Assembly (NCBI GenBank): GCA_963803925.1
Contig: CAWDOM010000008.1
Location: 85,154-149,153, forward strand
Source: an uncultured Actinomycetota bacterium
GTDB taxonomy: Bacteria; Actinomycetota; Thermoleophilia; RBG-16-64-13
Length of the DNA stretch: 64,000 bases
Direction: 5' to 3'
Within the stretch, counting starts at the first letter, position 1; every line of letters starts with the position of its first letter. This document shows positions 36,642-45,479 of this stretch, one piece after another. A model generated the notes under the pieces. The model was not told the origin of the DNA. It saw nothing but the letters and a program-made list of their open reading frames with translations, and did no database searches. A program made the translations under genes and the position numbers.

Positions 36642-36916
36642 TCCAGACCGAGAGAGCGCACGACCTCGTCAAGCGACATGACCCGTCCGGCCTCGATATC
36701 CGCAAGGCCTGCGACCACAGCTCTCATGAAGTCGCGCTCTTCTTGGGCTGCTTCGTATTCACCTAGCGCCTGTAGGACCGCTACCCCACGGCCGTGACTT
36801 GTGAGAAGCACTGGCCGCCCGGTCTCATCAACGCGACGGACTATCTTGCCGGGATTGATCTTCATGTCGCCCAGCGGGACGACATCCTCCGAGAACTTCA
36901 CTGCGGCGTTCCGCAT
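36638..36916 (-). CDS. Phd/YefM-family antitoxin
   Basis: 92 aa. ...INPGKIVRRVDETGRPVLLTSHGRGVAVLQALGEYE. GGAGG lies 5 nt upstream of the ATG. Confidence 0.9.
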   Translation of the reverse strand: MRNAAVKFSEDVVPLGDMKINPGKIVRRVDETGRPVLLTSHGRGVAVLQALGEYEAAQEERDFMRAVVAGLADIEAGRVMSLDEVVRSLGLE

Positions 36917-36944
36917 GACAGACCTCCAAGCGCATCGCTATTCT

Positions 36945-36962
36945 GGTGCCGATTATAGCACC
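36945..36962 (-). promoter_or_regulatory. Promoter/operator of phd-parE: -10 TATAAT embedded in an inverted repeat
   Basis: The minus strand reads GGTGC-TATAATCG-GCACC, with TATAAT at 36952-36957, 35 nt upstream of the phd ATG. Confidence 0.45.
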
Positions 36963-37096
36963 GGTCTTGGACGACTGCCGAATACGCCTAGCGACTCAGT
37001 GCGTCAGCCGCGCCCGTTGGCCATGGTACTCCATGCAATAGCCAACGCCGGTGTCGGTTGCACGCACTTGTTAGAAATCTGGGCCTAGCAGGCACT

Positions 37097-37327
37097 TTAG
37101 GACGCCTTGCGCTCCAGCCTCTCTGCGATCCAAACCTTGATCACAGACTGGCGCGTAACCCCGAGTCGTTTCGCCTCCCGATCCAAGGAATCGACCATCC
37201 ATGGGGGGAAGTCGACGTTCACGCGGCGCGACGGCTCATTGGGACGCATCGCCTTGGACATGTCGAGGTCGTCGACGATGTCCTCGACCCCCTCGTCGAA
37301 CTTCTTGTCTAACTCAGTCGCTTTCAT
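37097..37327 (-). CDS. brnA: BrnA antitoxin (CopG/RHH-type)
   Basis: MKATELDKKFDEGVEDIVDDLDMSKA...RRVNVDFPPWMVDSLDREAKRLGVTRQSVIKVWIAERL. Overlaps the brnT 3' end. Confidence 0.85.
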   Translation of the reverse strand: MKATELDKKFDEGVEDIVDDLDMSKAMRPNEPSRRVNVDFPPWMVDSLDREAKRLGVTRQSVIKVWIAERLERKAS

Positions 37328-37580
37328 ATAGCGCCACCTCCTTCGCCCGAGAACGCCGGACCGAGATGATTCGGACGCGGTCCGCACGGTACGTGATGAC
37401 CGCCGAGTAGTGTATGCCTTCGATGGTACCGACGACGAGCCAACGCGATTCGTCTGCCGTCTTAGCGGGAATCACGATCAGACGCTCATCCCGCCAGAGC
37501 GCTTGGGCAGCCCCAAAGTCGATGCCATGTTTGGCCGCGTTCGCCTTGGACTTGGTCTCATCGAACTCGAACTCCACCAA
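37314..37580 (-). CDS. brnT: BrnT toxin (DUF497 ribonuclease)
   Basis: MVEFEFDETKSKANAAKHGIDFGAAQALWRDERLIVIP...AVITYRADRVRIISVRRSRAKEV. Confidence 0.9.
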   Translation of the reverse strand: MVEFEFDETKSKANAAKHGIDFGAAQALWRDERLIVIPAKTADESRWLVVGTIEGIHYSAVITYRADRVRIISVRRSRAKEVALYESD

Positions 37581-37602
37581 TCGCCCCCCCGTGCGCCATT
37601 AC

Positions 37603-37619
37603 GGTATAGAAACTATACC
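37603..37619 (-). promoter_or_regulatory. Candidate brnTA operator
   Basis: GGTATAG-AAA-CTATACC: a perfect 7-bp inverted repeat 23 nt upstream of the brnT ATG. Confidence 0.45.
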
Positions 37620-37857
37620 GCTTCCAGAGCAGGAGTCAACCTTGAATGATCGAGGGAAGAAGTATTTCTAACAGTGTCTATCCGGTCTGCATAACTCGAC
37701 AACTACTGCGTCGCGGTGTCAGCATAACAACGACGACGAGTCCCAACATGGTCCCCCCGAATAGGCTCGCGACGGACGTCGAAGCGCCAGGCGTCTCCCG
37801 TGGCGTCGCGCATATTCAGACAGTATATGCTGCCAGGAGAACGCCGCCGTAAGCCTC

Positions 37858-38122
37858 CTAGGTCTCAATCTCCCGAAGAGAAGCGATGATGGCAGGGACG
37901 TCCTCGACAGCGGTCTTCCAGACTACTTCCGCGTTGACGCCGAAGTAGTCGTGAACAAGCTTGTCTCTCATCCCGGCTATCTGGCGCCAGGGCACCCGAG
38001 GGTGCTGGGCCTTTAAGGAGTCAGGCAGCTTCTTCGCGGCCTCGCCTAGTGAACTCGATCACTTTGGCGGCCGACTCAAGCATGTCCGCGACGTTGTCCC
38101 GATGGTCGCGAGCCTCTCTCAT
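37858..38122 (-). pseudogene. HepT (HEPN/DUF86) toxin remnant: internal deletion plus frame change
   Basis: The ATG overlaps the MntA stop (ATGA). The first frame gives [25 protein letters not shown]..., then a stop. A second frame gives [62 protein letters not shown] (Rx4H motif retained). About 40 central residues expected in HepT are absent. Confidence 0.65.
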
Positions 38123-38436
38123 ACACGCACCAGGTCCTTATGGATGCGACGGCCGATGTTCGGCTTGAGCGCCTCCTCCATCACCAGATCGACCTTCACC
38201 CCGAGGGTCTCGGAAAGGAAGTCTTCGATCGCAATGAAGGTGAGGAGGGAGGGAGCCTCAGTGAACGAGACCAGGAGGTCGAGATCACTGCTGGGCGTGT
38301 CCTCGCCGTGAGCGTAGGAGCCAAACACGGCGACGCTCCCTACGTGGTAGAGCGTCTCCAACTCGGGCTTCAGCCTGCCGAGCGTCGCGACCACGTTCTC
38401 CAAAGTGGGTCTTGCACTCATGATCACAGTATACAA
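38119..38436 (-). CDS. MntA-type nucleotidyltransferase antitoxin
   Basis: 105 aa with [24 protein letters not shown] (the GSx10-12SDxD minimal NTase motif). Confidence 0.85.
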   Translation of the reverse strand: MYTVIMSARPTLENVVATLGRLKPELETLYHVGSVAVFGSYAHGEDTPSSDLDLLVSFTEAPSLLTFIAIEDFLSETLGVKVDLVMEEALKPNIGRRIHKDLVRV

Positions 38437-38486
38437 GGACCCGGCGGCCGTCCCGCCTCTCCCTTTCCGCTAGAATATCCGCCTTG

Positions 38487-40310
38487 ATGACCACCTTCGC
38501 TCACATAAGAAATTTCTGCATCATCGCCCACATCGACCATGGGAAGTCGACGCTGGCCGACCGCATCCTGCAGATGACCAACACCGTCGCCGAGCGCGAC
38601 ATGCGCGAGCAGGTGCTCGACCGCATGGACCTCGAGCGCGAGCGGGGCATCACCATCAAGGCCCAGGCCGTCCGCATCTACTATCACGCGGACGATGGGC
38701 GGGAGTACCAGTTCAATCTCATCGACACTCCTGGCCACGTTGACTTCACCTATGAAGTGTCGCGCAGCCTGGCCGCGTGCGAGGGGGCCATCCTGGTGGT
38801 CGACGCCACCCAGGGGGTCGAGGCTCAAACTCTTGCCAATACTCTTCTTGCTCTCGAGAACGACCTCGAGATCATCCCGGTGCTCAACAAGATCGACCTG
38901 CCCGGCGCCGAGCCCGAGAAGCGGGCCGAAGAGATCGTCAGCGTCATCGGGTGCGCGCATGACGAGATCCTCCAGATCTCCGCCAAGACGGGGGAGGGCG
39001 TGGCCGCCGTGTTGGAGGCGGTCGTGAAGCGCATCCCGCCGCCGCAGGGCGAGCCCACGGGGTCGCCGCGCGCCCTCATCTTCGACTCGGTCTACGACAT
39101 CTACCGGGGCGTGGTGGCCTTCGTGCGCGTGCGCGACGGCAGTTTCAAGAAGAATGACGCGCTGTTCTCCATGGCCACCGAGCGCCGCAGCGAGATCGAG
39201 GAAGTGGGCATTTTTTCGCCGGACATGCTCAAGACCGACGTGCTCCACGCCGGAGAAGTGGGCTACGTCATCCCCGGGTACAAAGAGGTGGCCGACCTGC
39301 GCGTGGGCGACACGCTCACCAGCGCCGGGAATCGGGCCACCGAGCCCCTCCCGGGATACCGCGACATAACCCCGATGGTGTTCTGCGGGCTGTTCCCGGT
39401 AAACGGTGAGGATTACCCCGCCCTGCGCGACGCGCTCGAGAAGCTCAAGCTCAACGACGCCAGCCTGCACTTCGAGCCGGAGACGTCCCAAGCTCTCGGA
39501 TTCGGATTCCGCTGCGGTTTTTTGGGGCTCTTGCACATGGACATCGTCAGGGAACGGCTGGAGCGGGAGTTCGACCTCGACCTGCTGGCCACCACGCCGA
39601 GCGTGCACTACGAGGTGGAGCTCATGACGGGCCAGGTGTTCGGCATCAGCAACCCTGTCGACTTTCCCGCCGACTCGGGCTCTATCAAAGAGGTGCGCGA
39701 GCCGTACATCGCGGCGACCATCCTGCTGCCGGCGGACTACGTCGGCCCCATCATGGAGCTGTGCAACGATAAACGGGGCCGTTTCGAGCACATGGAGTAC
39801 CTGACCACCGACAGGGTCCGGCTGGACTACGCGCTGCCGCTGGCGGAGATCGTCCTCGATTTCTACGACCTGCTCAAGACCAAGAGCCGCGGCTACGCCA
39901 GCCTCGACTACGAGCTCAAGGACTACGAGCCGGGCGACCTGGTGCGGCTCGATATCCGGGTGGGCGGAGAGATCGTCGATGCGCTCAGTCTCATCGTTCA
40001 TGAGGACCGGGCCTACAGCGTCGGCCGCGCCTTGGTTGAGCGGTTGCGCAAGAAGATACCGCGGCAGATGTTCGAGATAGCCATCCAGGCGGCCGTGGGC
40101 AGCCGCATCATCGCCCGCGAGAACGTGGCGGCTCTTCGCAAAGACGTTCTGGCGAAGTGCTACGGTGGCGACATCTCGCGCAAGCGGAAGTTGCTGGAGA
40201 AGCAGAAAGCCGGCAAGAAACGCATGAAGATGGTGGGCAACGTCGAAATCCCGCAAGAAGCGTTCTTGGCCGTTCTTGACCTGGGCGAGGGGAAAGAGGG
40301 GAAGAAATGA
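38487..40310 (+). CDS. lepA: Translation elongation factor 4
   Basis: [33 protein letters not shown], and the C-terminal LepA-specific domain ...[23 protein letters not shown]. The track ORF begins at TTG 38484 and the ATG follows at 38487. Confidence 0.95.
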   Translation: MTTFAHIRNFCIIAHIDHGKSTLADRILQMTNTVAERDMREQVLDRMDLERERGITIKAQAVRIYYHADDGREYQFNLIDTPGHVDFTYEVSRSLAACEGAILVVDATQGVEAQTLANTLLALENDLEIIPVLNKIDLPGAEPEKRAEEIVSVIGCAHDEILQISAKTGEGVAAVLEAVVKRIPPPQGEPTGSPRALIFDSVYDIYRGVVAFVRVRDGSFKKNDALFSMATERRSEIEEVGIFSPDMLKTDVLHAGEVGYVIPGYKEVADLRVGDTLTSAGNRATEPLPGYRDITPMVFCGLFPVNGEDYPALRDALEKLKLNDASLHFEPETSQALGFGFRCGFLGLLHMDIVRERLEREFDLDLLATTPSVHYEVELMTGQVFGISNPVDFPADSGSIKEVREPYIAATILLPADYVGPIMELCNDKRGRFEHMEYLTTDRVRLDYALPLAEIVLDFYDLLKTKSRGYASLDYELKDYEPGDLVRLDIRVGGEIVDALSLIVHEDRAYSVGRALVERLRKKIPRQMFEIAIQAAVGSRIIARENVAALRKDVLAKCYGGDISRKRKLLEKQKAGKKRMKMVGNVEIPQEAFLAVLDLGEGKEGKK

Positions 40311-40585
40311 CCATCGAGTACATCGTTCTGGGGGCGATCCTGATCATCATGGGCATCGTGCAGACGTGGCTGCGGCACGGACCTGAGGGCAAGAAGCTGC
40401 GGGCCGAGCAGCGGGAGTTGGCCGAACGCCGTCTGGAGAACCTACCGGCCGGCTCCGCGAGCGACCCAGCCTACAAGTCGATCAAGCGCAGCGGCAAGAT
40501 GTGGAACTCTTGGACCGCTGTTCTGGGCGGTGTCGGCGCGGCGTTTGGTATCGTTCTGGTGGTGCTGGGGATCGTCGGCGGTTAG
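40307..40585 (+). CDS. Small two-TM membrane protein
   Basis: 92 aa. [13 protein letters not shown] and [20 protein letters not shown] hydrophobic helices flank a charged loop. ATGA overlap with the lepA stop. Confidence 0.6.
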   Translation: MTIEYIVLGAILIIMGIVQTWLRHGPEGKKLRAEQRELAERRLENLPAGSASDPAYKSIKRSGKMWNSWTAVLGGVGAAFGIVLVVLGIVGG

Positions 40586-40600
40586 CAGGCGACACGCCGC

Positions 40601-42143
40601 GTGGGTGGCGCCTCCAAACGTGACGCGGTGAAGCACCTCTACGCGCACATTCCCTTCTGCAGATCGCGGTGCTCGTACTGCGACTTCTCCTCTGAACCTG
40701 TCGGGCCGCATGCCCGCGCGGGCCGGCTTGAGGAGTACGTGCTGGCTTTGCGTGCCGAATTGGCGGAGCGACTGGGATCTGGGGGAGGAGCGCCCGACGC
40801 CGTCGGACTCGCCCGCCGGGGCGCTTGACACCGTCGATACCATCTACCTGGGGGGCGGCACGCCCACCGTGTTGCCGCGCGAACTGCTCCTGGATCTGGT
40901 CCGAGACTTGGCGGTGCGACTACATGCGCCGCCTGAGGCGACGGCCGCCGCCGGCGGCCGCGCGGCGGGAGGCATCGCGGGAGCGCCGGCCAGGCGCGCC
41001 GCGGCGACGGGCGCGCTCCGGAGCACCCGCGCCGAGGCGCCGCTCGGCGGTTCGCTACCGGAGTTCACCATCGAGGCCAACCCAGGCACTATCGACACAC
41101 AGCTGCTGCGTCTCCTGGCCGAGGCCGGTGTGACCCGGCTGTCGCTGGGCGTGCAGTCGTTCGCGCCTGCGCTGCGCGCGGCGCTCGGCCGGCGGGTCGC
41201 CCAACGAGAGATCGAGCAGGCCCTGGAGGCGGTGCGTCTCGCCGGCTGGCGTGAGTGGAGCCTCGACCTGGTCTTCGGCATACCCGGGCAGACCTGGGCC
41301 GGCGCGGCCGCCGACATCGACGCCGCCGTGGCCGCCGGGCCGGCGCACATCTCCATGTACGATCTGACGTATACGCCCGCCTATCTGGCGCGCTTGGAGT
41401 CAGGGCGCCGCGCGACGCGGCGCGCGGGCGGCGCCCCCGAGGCCGGGCCGGCGGCGGCGCCGGCCGGCGGCGCCGCGCCCGCTTCGCCGGCCGCGGCCGC
41501 CGCGCCCAGCGGGACCCCCGAGTCCGCGCCGGCCCCCGGGGCGCCGGGAGCCGCGGGTCCCGACGCTTCGCCGGTCATGGCCGCGCCGGGCGCCGGCGCC
41601 CGCGAAGCCGCGCCGGCGGCGGCGCCGGCCGCCGGCGCCATGCCCGCGGCGGATCCCGACGACCTTGGCGACGCCTTCGCCGAGACCTACTTCGCCGCGG
41701 CGGTCGCGCGGCTGGAGGCCGCCGGCTACCGCCGCTACGAGGTCTCGAACTTCGCGTTGCCCGGGCACGAGTGCCTGCACAACCTGGCCTACTGGCGTGG
41801 CGAAGACTACGTGGGCCTCGGTGCGTCGGCCGTGTCGACGATGGGCGGCGCGCGACGCACCAACCCGCGGTCGGTGGCCGCCTATCTGCGCGGCGACGCG
41901 CCCGAAGTGGAGGTCATCACGCACGAGGTCCGCCTCTGGGAGATGGCAATGCTGGGGCTCCGCACCATCGAGGGGGTCGACGAGCGGGAGGTCTCGCCGG
42001 TGCTCGACTGGGCGGCTCGCGGCCGGCTGCTCGGTCAGGGCTGCGTGGAGAGCCGCTGTGGTAGACTTCGGATAAATAGCGGGTTCTTGGACGTAAGCAA
42101 CGCCGTCATCTCGGCGCTCCTGGTCCGCCCAGGGGGTACGTAA
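40601..42143 (+). CDS. hemW: Radical-SAM heme chaperone HemW (HemN-like), frameshifted as assembled and carrying Ala/Pro-rich insertions
   Basis: ORF 40601..40828 holds HLYAHIPFCRSRCSYCDF. ORF 40710..42143 continues with DTIYLGGGTPTVL...EFTIEANPGT...RLSLGVQSF and the HemN_C part YEVSNFALPGHECLHNLAYW. Total length is 3n+1; the G4 run at 40818-40821 is the simplest site. Canonical lepA-hemW-hrcA-dnaJ context. Confidence 0.8.
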
Positions 42144-42157
42144 GCCGGCCGGCACAC

Positions 42158-43210
42158 ATGACGATCACTGAACGACAGAGGACCATTCTCAACGCCGTTA
42201 CCCAGCGGTATATCGGCACGGGCACGCCGGTATCGTCGAGGGAGCTGGTGGGAGCGACCGGCCTGCAGTGCTCGTCGTCCACTGTGCGCAACGAGTTCGC
42301 TCTGCTCGAGGAGAAGGGCTACCTCACGCACCCGCACACCTCGGCCGGCCGGGTGCCCACCGACCTTGGCTACAGGGAGTTCGTCGACTTTCTCATGACC
42401 GGCGCCACTCCGCGCTTGAGCCTCCGTCCGGGGGGCCGGACGGCCGCATTGGCCGAGATGCACCCCGAGGACCTCACCGGTGAGATCGAGACCGCCCTGC
42501 GGCAGGCCACCGACGCCATGTCTCGCGCCACCAACCTGTTGGCCCTGGTGCTCGCCCCGCGCATGAGCGGCGCCCGGTTGCGGCACGTCGAACTGCTGAT
42601 GCTCCAACCGACCCAGTTGATGTATGTCTTCATCGTGTCCACCGGGGCCGTGATGAAGGGGGTCTTCGAGTGGCCGGCGGCAGTTGATTCGGGCCTCGTG
42701 GACTGGGCCCGCACCTACCTCAACGAGACGTTCGAAGGCCAAGCACTCACCTCGCGGCTCATCAAGCGTGCGCTCGACAATCCCGGGCTCAGCCAGCGCG
42801 AAACGGCGTTCCTGCATGCGTTGGCGCCGGCGTTCCAGAAACTGGTCGACGAACAGGCCCAGGAAGAACTCTACGTAGGCGGCGCTTCGCGGCTGCTGGT
42901 CGAGCCTCGCATCCAAGACGTCTCGTCGCTGCGCGACCTTCTCTCGCTTCTCGAAGAAAGATTCCTACTACTCCAGGTGTTGCGCAACGCTCTCGGCAGC
43001 GGGACGGTGGTCGTCAGGATCGGCAGCGAGCACGAGGCCACCGCGCTCCAGCCCTTCTCGGTAGTGGCCGCCAGTTACGGCCTTCCGCAGCGCCGGCTGG
43101 GAACGGTCAGCCTCGTTGGACCGACTCGCATGGACTACCAACACGCCATAGTCACCGTCAAAGAGACGGCTCAGTTGCTATCGGAACTCGTCGGCGACCG
43201 CTACGAGTGA
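42158..43210 (+). CDS. hrcA: Heat-inducible transcription repressor HrcA
   Basis: 350 aa. LTERQRTILNAVTQRYIGTGTPVSSRELV...SSSTVRNEFALLEEKGYLTHPHTSAGRVPT. Confidence 0.95.
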   Translation: MTITERQRTILNAVTQRYIGTGTPVSSRELVGATGLQCSSSTVRNEFALLEEKGYLTHPHTSAGRVPTDLGYREFVDFLMTGATPRLSLRPGGRTAALAEMHPEDLTGEIETALRQATDAMSRATNLLALVLAPRMSGARLRHVELLMLQPTQLMYVFIVSTGAVMKGVFEWPAAVDSGLVDWARTYLNETFEGQALTSRLIKRALDNPGLSQRETAFLHALAPAFQKLVDEQAQEELYVGGASRLLVEPRIQDVSSLRDLLSLLEERFLLLQVLRNALGSGTVVVRIGSEHEATALQPFSVVAASYGLPQRRLGTVSLVGPTRMDYQHAIVTVKETAQLLSELVGDRYE

Positions 43211-43246
43211 TTCCCAGAAACCCAATCCCCACGTGAGAAACGCTTG

Positions 43247-44389
43247 ATGAAACGCGATTACTATGAAGTGCTGGGCGTCGCTCGCGACGCAGACCTGCAG
43301 CAGATCAAGAAGGGCTATCGCAAGCTCGCCCGCGAGTTACACCCCGACGTCAACACCGACGATCCGGCGTGCGAGGAGAAGTTCAAAGAGGCCACCGAGG
43401 CCTACGAGGTGCTCTGCGACCAGCAGAAGCGCCAGGTGTACGACGCCTACGGCCATGAGGGCCTGCGCCGCGGCACTGGTGGGGCCGGTGGCTTCGACGG
43501 CTTCGGTGGCTTCGGCGACTTGTTTGAGAACTTGTTCGGCGGCGCCTTCGGCGGGGGATTCGGCTCGCCCTTCGGCCAGGGCCGTCCGTCGGGACCCGCT
43601 CGTGGCGACGACCTGGCGGTCGAGGCCGAGATCACGCTCGAAGAGGCGGCCTTCGGTGTCGAGAAGGAGATCACCTTCGAGGCCTACGCCACCTGCCAGA
43701 AGTGCGAGGGCGTGGGCACCGCCGATGCCGGTTCCATCAAGACCTGCGGCGACTGTGGCGGCTCGGGGCAGGTACGCACGGTCCGGCGTACGATCATCGG
43801 CCAGATCGTGCAGAGCGCTCCCTGCGTGCGCTGCGGAGGCCGCGGCCAGACTATCGAGAATCCCTGCGACGAGTGCAGGGGAACCGGCCGGGCCTATGCA
43901 GAGCGCATGGTGACCGTGCAGATTCCCGCCGGCATCGACACAGGCCAGCGCATGCGCGTCACGGGGCGCGGCGGCGCGGGCGAGAGGGGTGCGCGGCCGG
44001 GCGACCTCTACGTGCGCATACGCGTGGAGCGGCACGACACGTTCGAGCGGCGCGAGGACGACATACTCTACGCAGTCGATCTCACCATGGTGCAGGCGAC
44101 GCTTGGCGCCACCCTCACCATACCGACGCTCGACGGCGACGAAGAGGTCTCTTTCGCGGCCGGAACCCAACCCGGCGATATGAAGGTGCTGCGGGGTAAG
44201 GGCGCCCACCACCTCAACGGGCATGGCCGTGGCGACCAGGAGATCCACGTGAGGGTGCTGGTGCCGCGCGATCTCGACGAGAAGCAGAAGCGGCTCCTGC
44301 AGGAGTTCGACGAGGCCTGTGGAGTCGAGCACTACGACGAGCCCGAAGAGGGCGTGCTACAGAAGCTCCGCAACTGGTTCAGCAGCTGA
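43247..44389 (+). CDS. dnaJ: Molecular chaperone DnaJ
   Basis: J domain DYYEVLGV...[10 protein letters not shown], a G/F-rich linker, and four CxxCxGxG zinc-finger repeats ([32 protein letters not shown]). Confidence 0.95.
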   Translation: MKRDYYEVLGVARDADLQQIKKGYRKLARELHPDVNTDDPACEEKFKEATEAYEVLCDQQKRQVYDAYGHEGLRRGTGGAGGFDGFGGFGDLFENLFGGAFGGGFGSPFGQGRPSGPARGDDLAVEAEITLEEAAFGVEKEITFEAYATCQKCEGVGTADAGSIKTCGDCGGSGQVRTVRRTIIGQIVQSAPCVRCGGRGQTIENPCDECRGTGRAYAERMVTVQIPAGIDTGQRMRVTGRGGAGERGARPGDLYVRIRVERHDTFERREDDILYAVDLTMVQATLGATLTIPTLDGDEEVSFAAGTQPGDMKVLRGKGAHHLNGHGRGDQEIHVRVLVPRDLDEKQKRLLQEFDEACGVEHYDEPEEGVLQKLRNWFSS

Positions 44390-45474
44390 TGCCGCGAGAC
44401 GGTGACGACCGGGGCACCGGCGGGCGGCCGGCGGCACAGCCGGCCGGCGCCGACCTTGCAGTGCGCGTGACCCTGCCTGAAGAAGGCGCGGAGATCGCCG
44501 GCGCCATACTCATGGAGCTGCTCGGCCCGTTCGAACTGCAGGCAGCGAAGTGGACGCCGCCGGCGGGCATGCCCGTCGCGGAGCTGCCGGTCTGGGGCGG
44601 TGGGGCGGGTGGGGCGGCGCCCACGGGCGCGCCGCCCGGTTTCGTGGCCCTGGTCTTCTACCCACCGGCTGAGACCCTCATCGACGAAGCGGAGCTGCTC
44701 GCGGCTCTGCCCGAGGAACTCCGCACGTCGGGCCACGTCACGCTCACTACCGAAGACATCCCCCGCGACTGGATCGAGGGTTGGCGCGACCACTTCAAGC
44801 CGGTCGTCATCGGCGAAGTGCGTGTGCGGCCGCCCTGGGAGGAGCCGGCTGAACCCGACGGGCCGCTGGTCGACGTGGTCATCAATCCCGGATTGGCGTT
44901 CGGCACCGGTCTTCATCCGACCACACGAGGTACCTTGACGCTTCTCCAGGAAGCCGGCGACCCGGGCGGCGGCTGCGTTTCGTGTGGCTCCGTGGTCGAC
45001 GCCGGCACAGGATCGGGCATCCTCGCCATCGCGGCCGCCAAGCTCGGCTGGGGCCCGGTGTTCGCCTTCGACAGCGACGCCGTCGCCCTCGCCTCCGCTC
45101 GAGAGAATGTTGTCGAGAACGGCGTCGCGGGCATAGTCGAGATGCACCAGACCGACATCGAAGGGGCTTCTCTCTTCTGGTTCTCGGGCGCGACCGTGCT
45201 CGCGAACATGACGCTCGATCCGGTGCTGCTCCTGCTTCAGAAGCTTGCTCCGCTATCGCGGCAGTGGGGTTGTTCGGGCGACGCCGCGTCGGTCCGCTGG
45301 CCCGAGCGTCTGATAGTCTCGGGCATCCTCGCGGGTGGTCAGGAGTTCAAGGTGGTCGGCGCGGGGCGCCTTGCGGGCTTCAAGCCTGTGCGTACCATCT
45401 GCGAGGGCGAGTGGGTGAGCATGGAGTTCGTGCCCTCGAGGCCGCGGGTCTCCGCCGAGCGGCTCTGGGGCTGA
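44389..45474 (+). CDS. prmA: Ribosomal protein L11 methyltransferase
   Basis: WRDHFKPVVIGEVRVRPPWE, INPGLAFGTGLHPTT, and the SAM motif VVDAGTGSGILAIAAAKLG. TGATG overlap with dnaJ. Confidence 0.85.
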   Translation: MPRDGDDRGTGGRPAAQPAGADLAVRVTLPEEGAEIAGAILMELLGPFELQAAKWTPPAGMPVAELPVWGGGAGGAAPTGAPPGFVALVFYPPAETLIDEAELLAALPEELRTSGHVTLTTEDIPRDWIEGWRDHFKPVVIGEVRVRPPWEEPAEPDGPLVDVVINPGLAFGTGLHPTTRGTLTLLQEAGDPGGGCVSCGSVVDAGTGSGILAIAAAKLGWGPVFAFDSDAVALASARENVVENGVAGIVEMHQTDIEGASLFWFSGATVLANMTLDPVLLLLQKLAPLSRQWGCSGDAASVRWPERLIVSGILAGGQEFKVVGAGRLAGFKPVRTICEGEWVSMEFVPSRPRVSAERLWG

Positions 45475-45479
45475 CGGGA

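Noticed and set aside
38424-40256. 610-aa minus-strand ORF antisense to lepA
   Set aside because: The mirror frame of a universally conserved gene. The composition (many H, R, D, V runs) is not protein-like, and lepA motifs are unambiguous on the plus strand.
40815-40830. prfB-like programmed +1 frameshift in hemW as the primary explanation
   Set aside because: The P-site codon GCU cannot re-pair in the +1 frame. The frame overlap is long, so the site is not pinned. The window has many other indel-type breaks, including in homopolymer runs. It is kept only as a low-probability alternative in the findings.
42100-43246. CIRCE element (TTAGCACTC-N9-GAGTGCTAA) upstream of hrcA or dnaJ
   Set aside because: I found no match by eye in the hrcA or dnaJ upstream regions. 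A TTAGCAC half-site at about 98-104 has no partner.
44982-45479. 5' extension of the rnr ORF back to 44982
   Set aside because: It overlaps prmA in another frame and is Arg-rich. RNase R-like sequence starts only after the prmA stop (GTG 45480 or ATG 45618).
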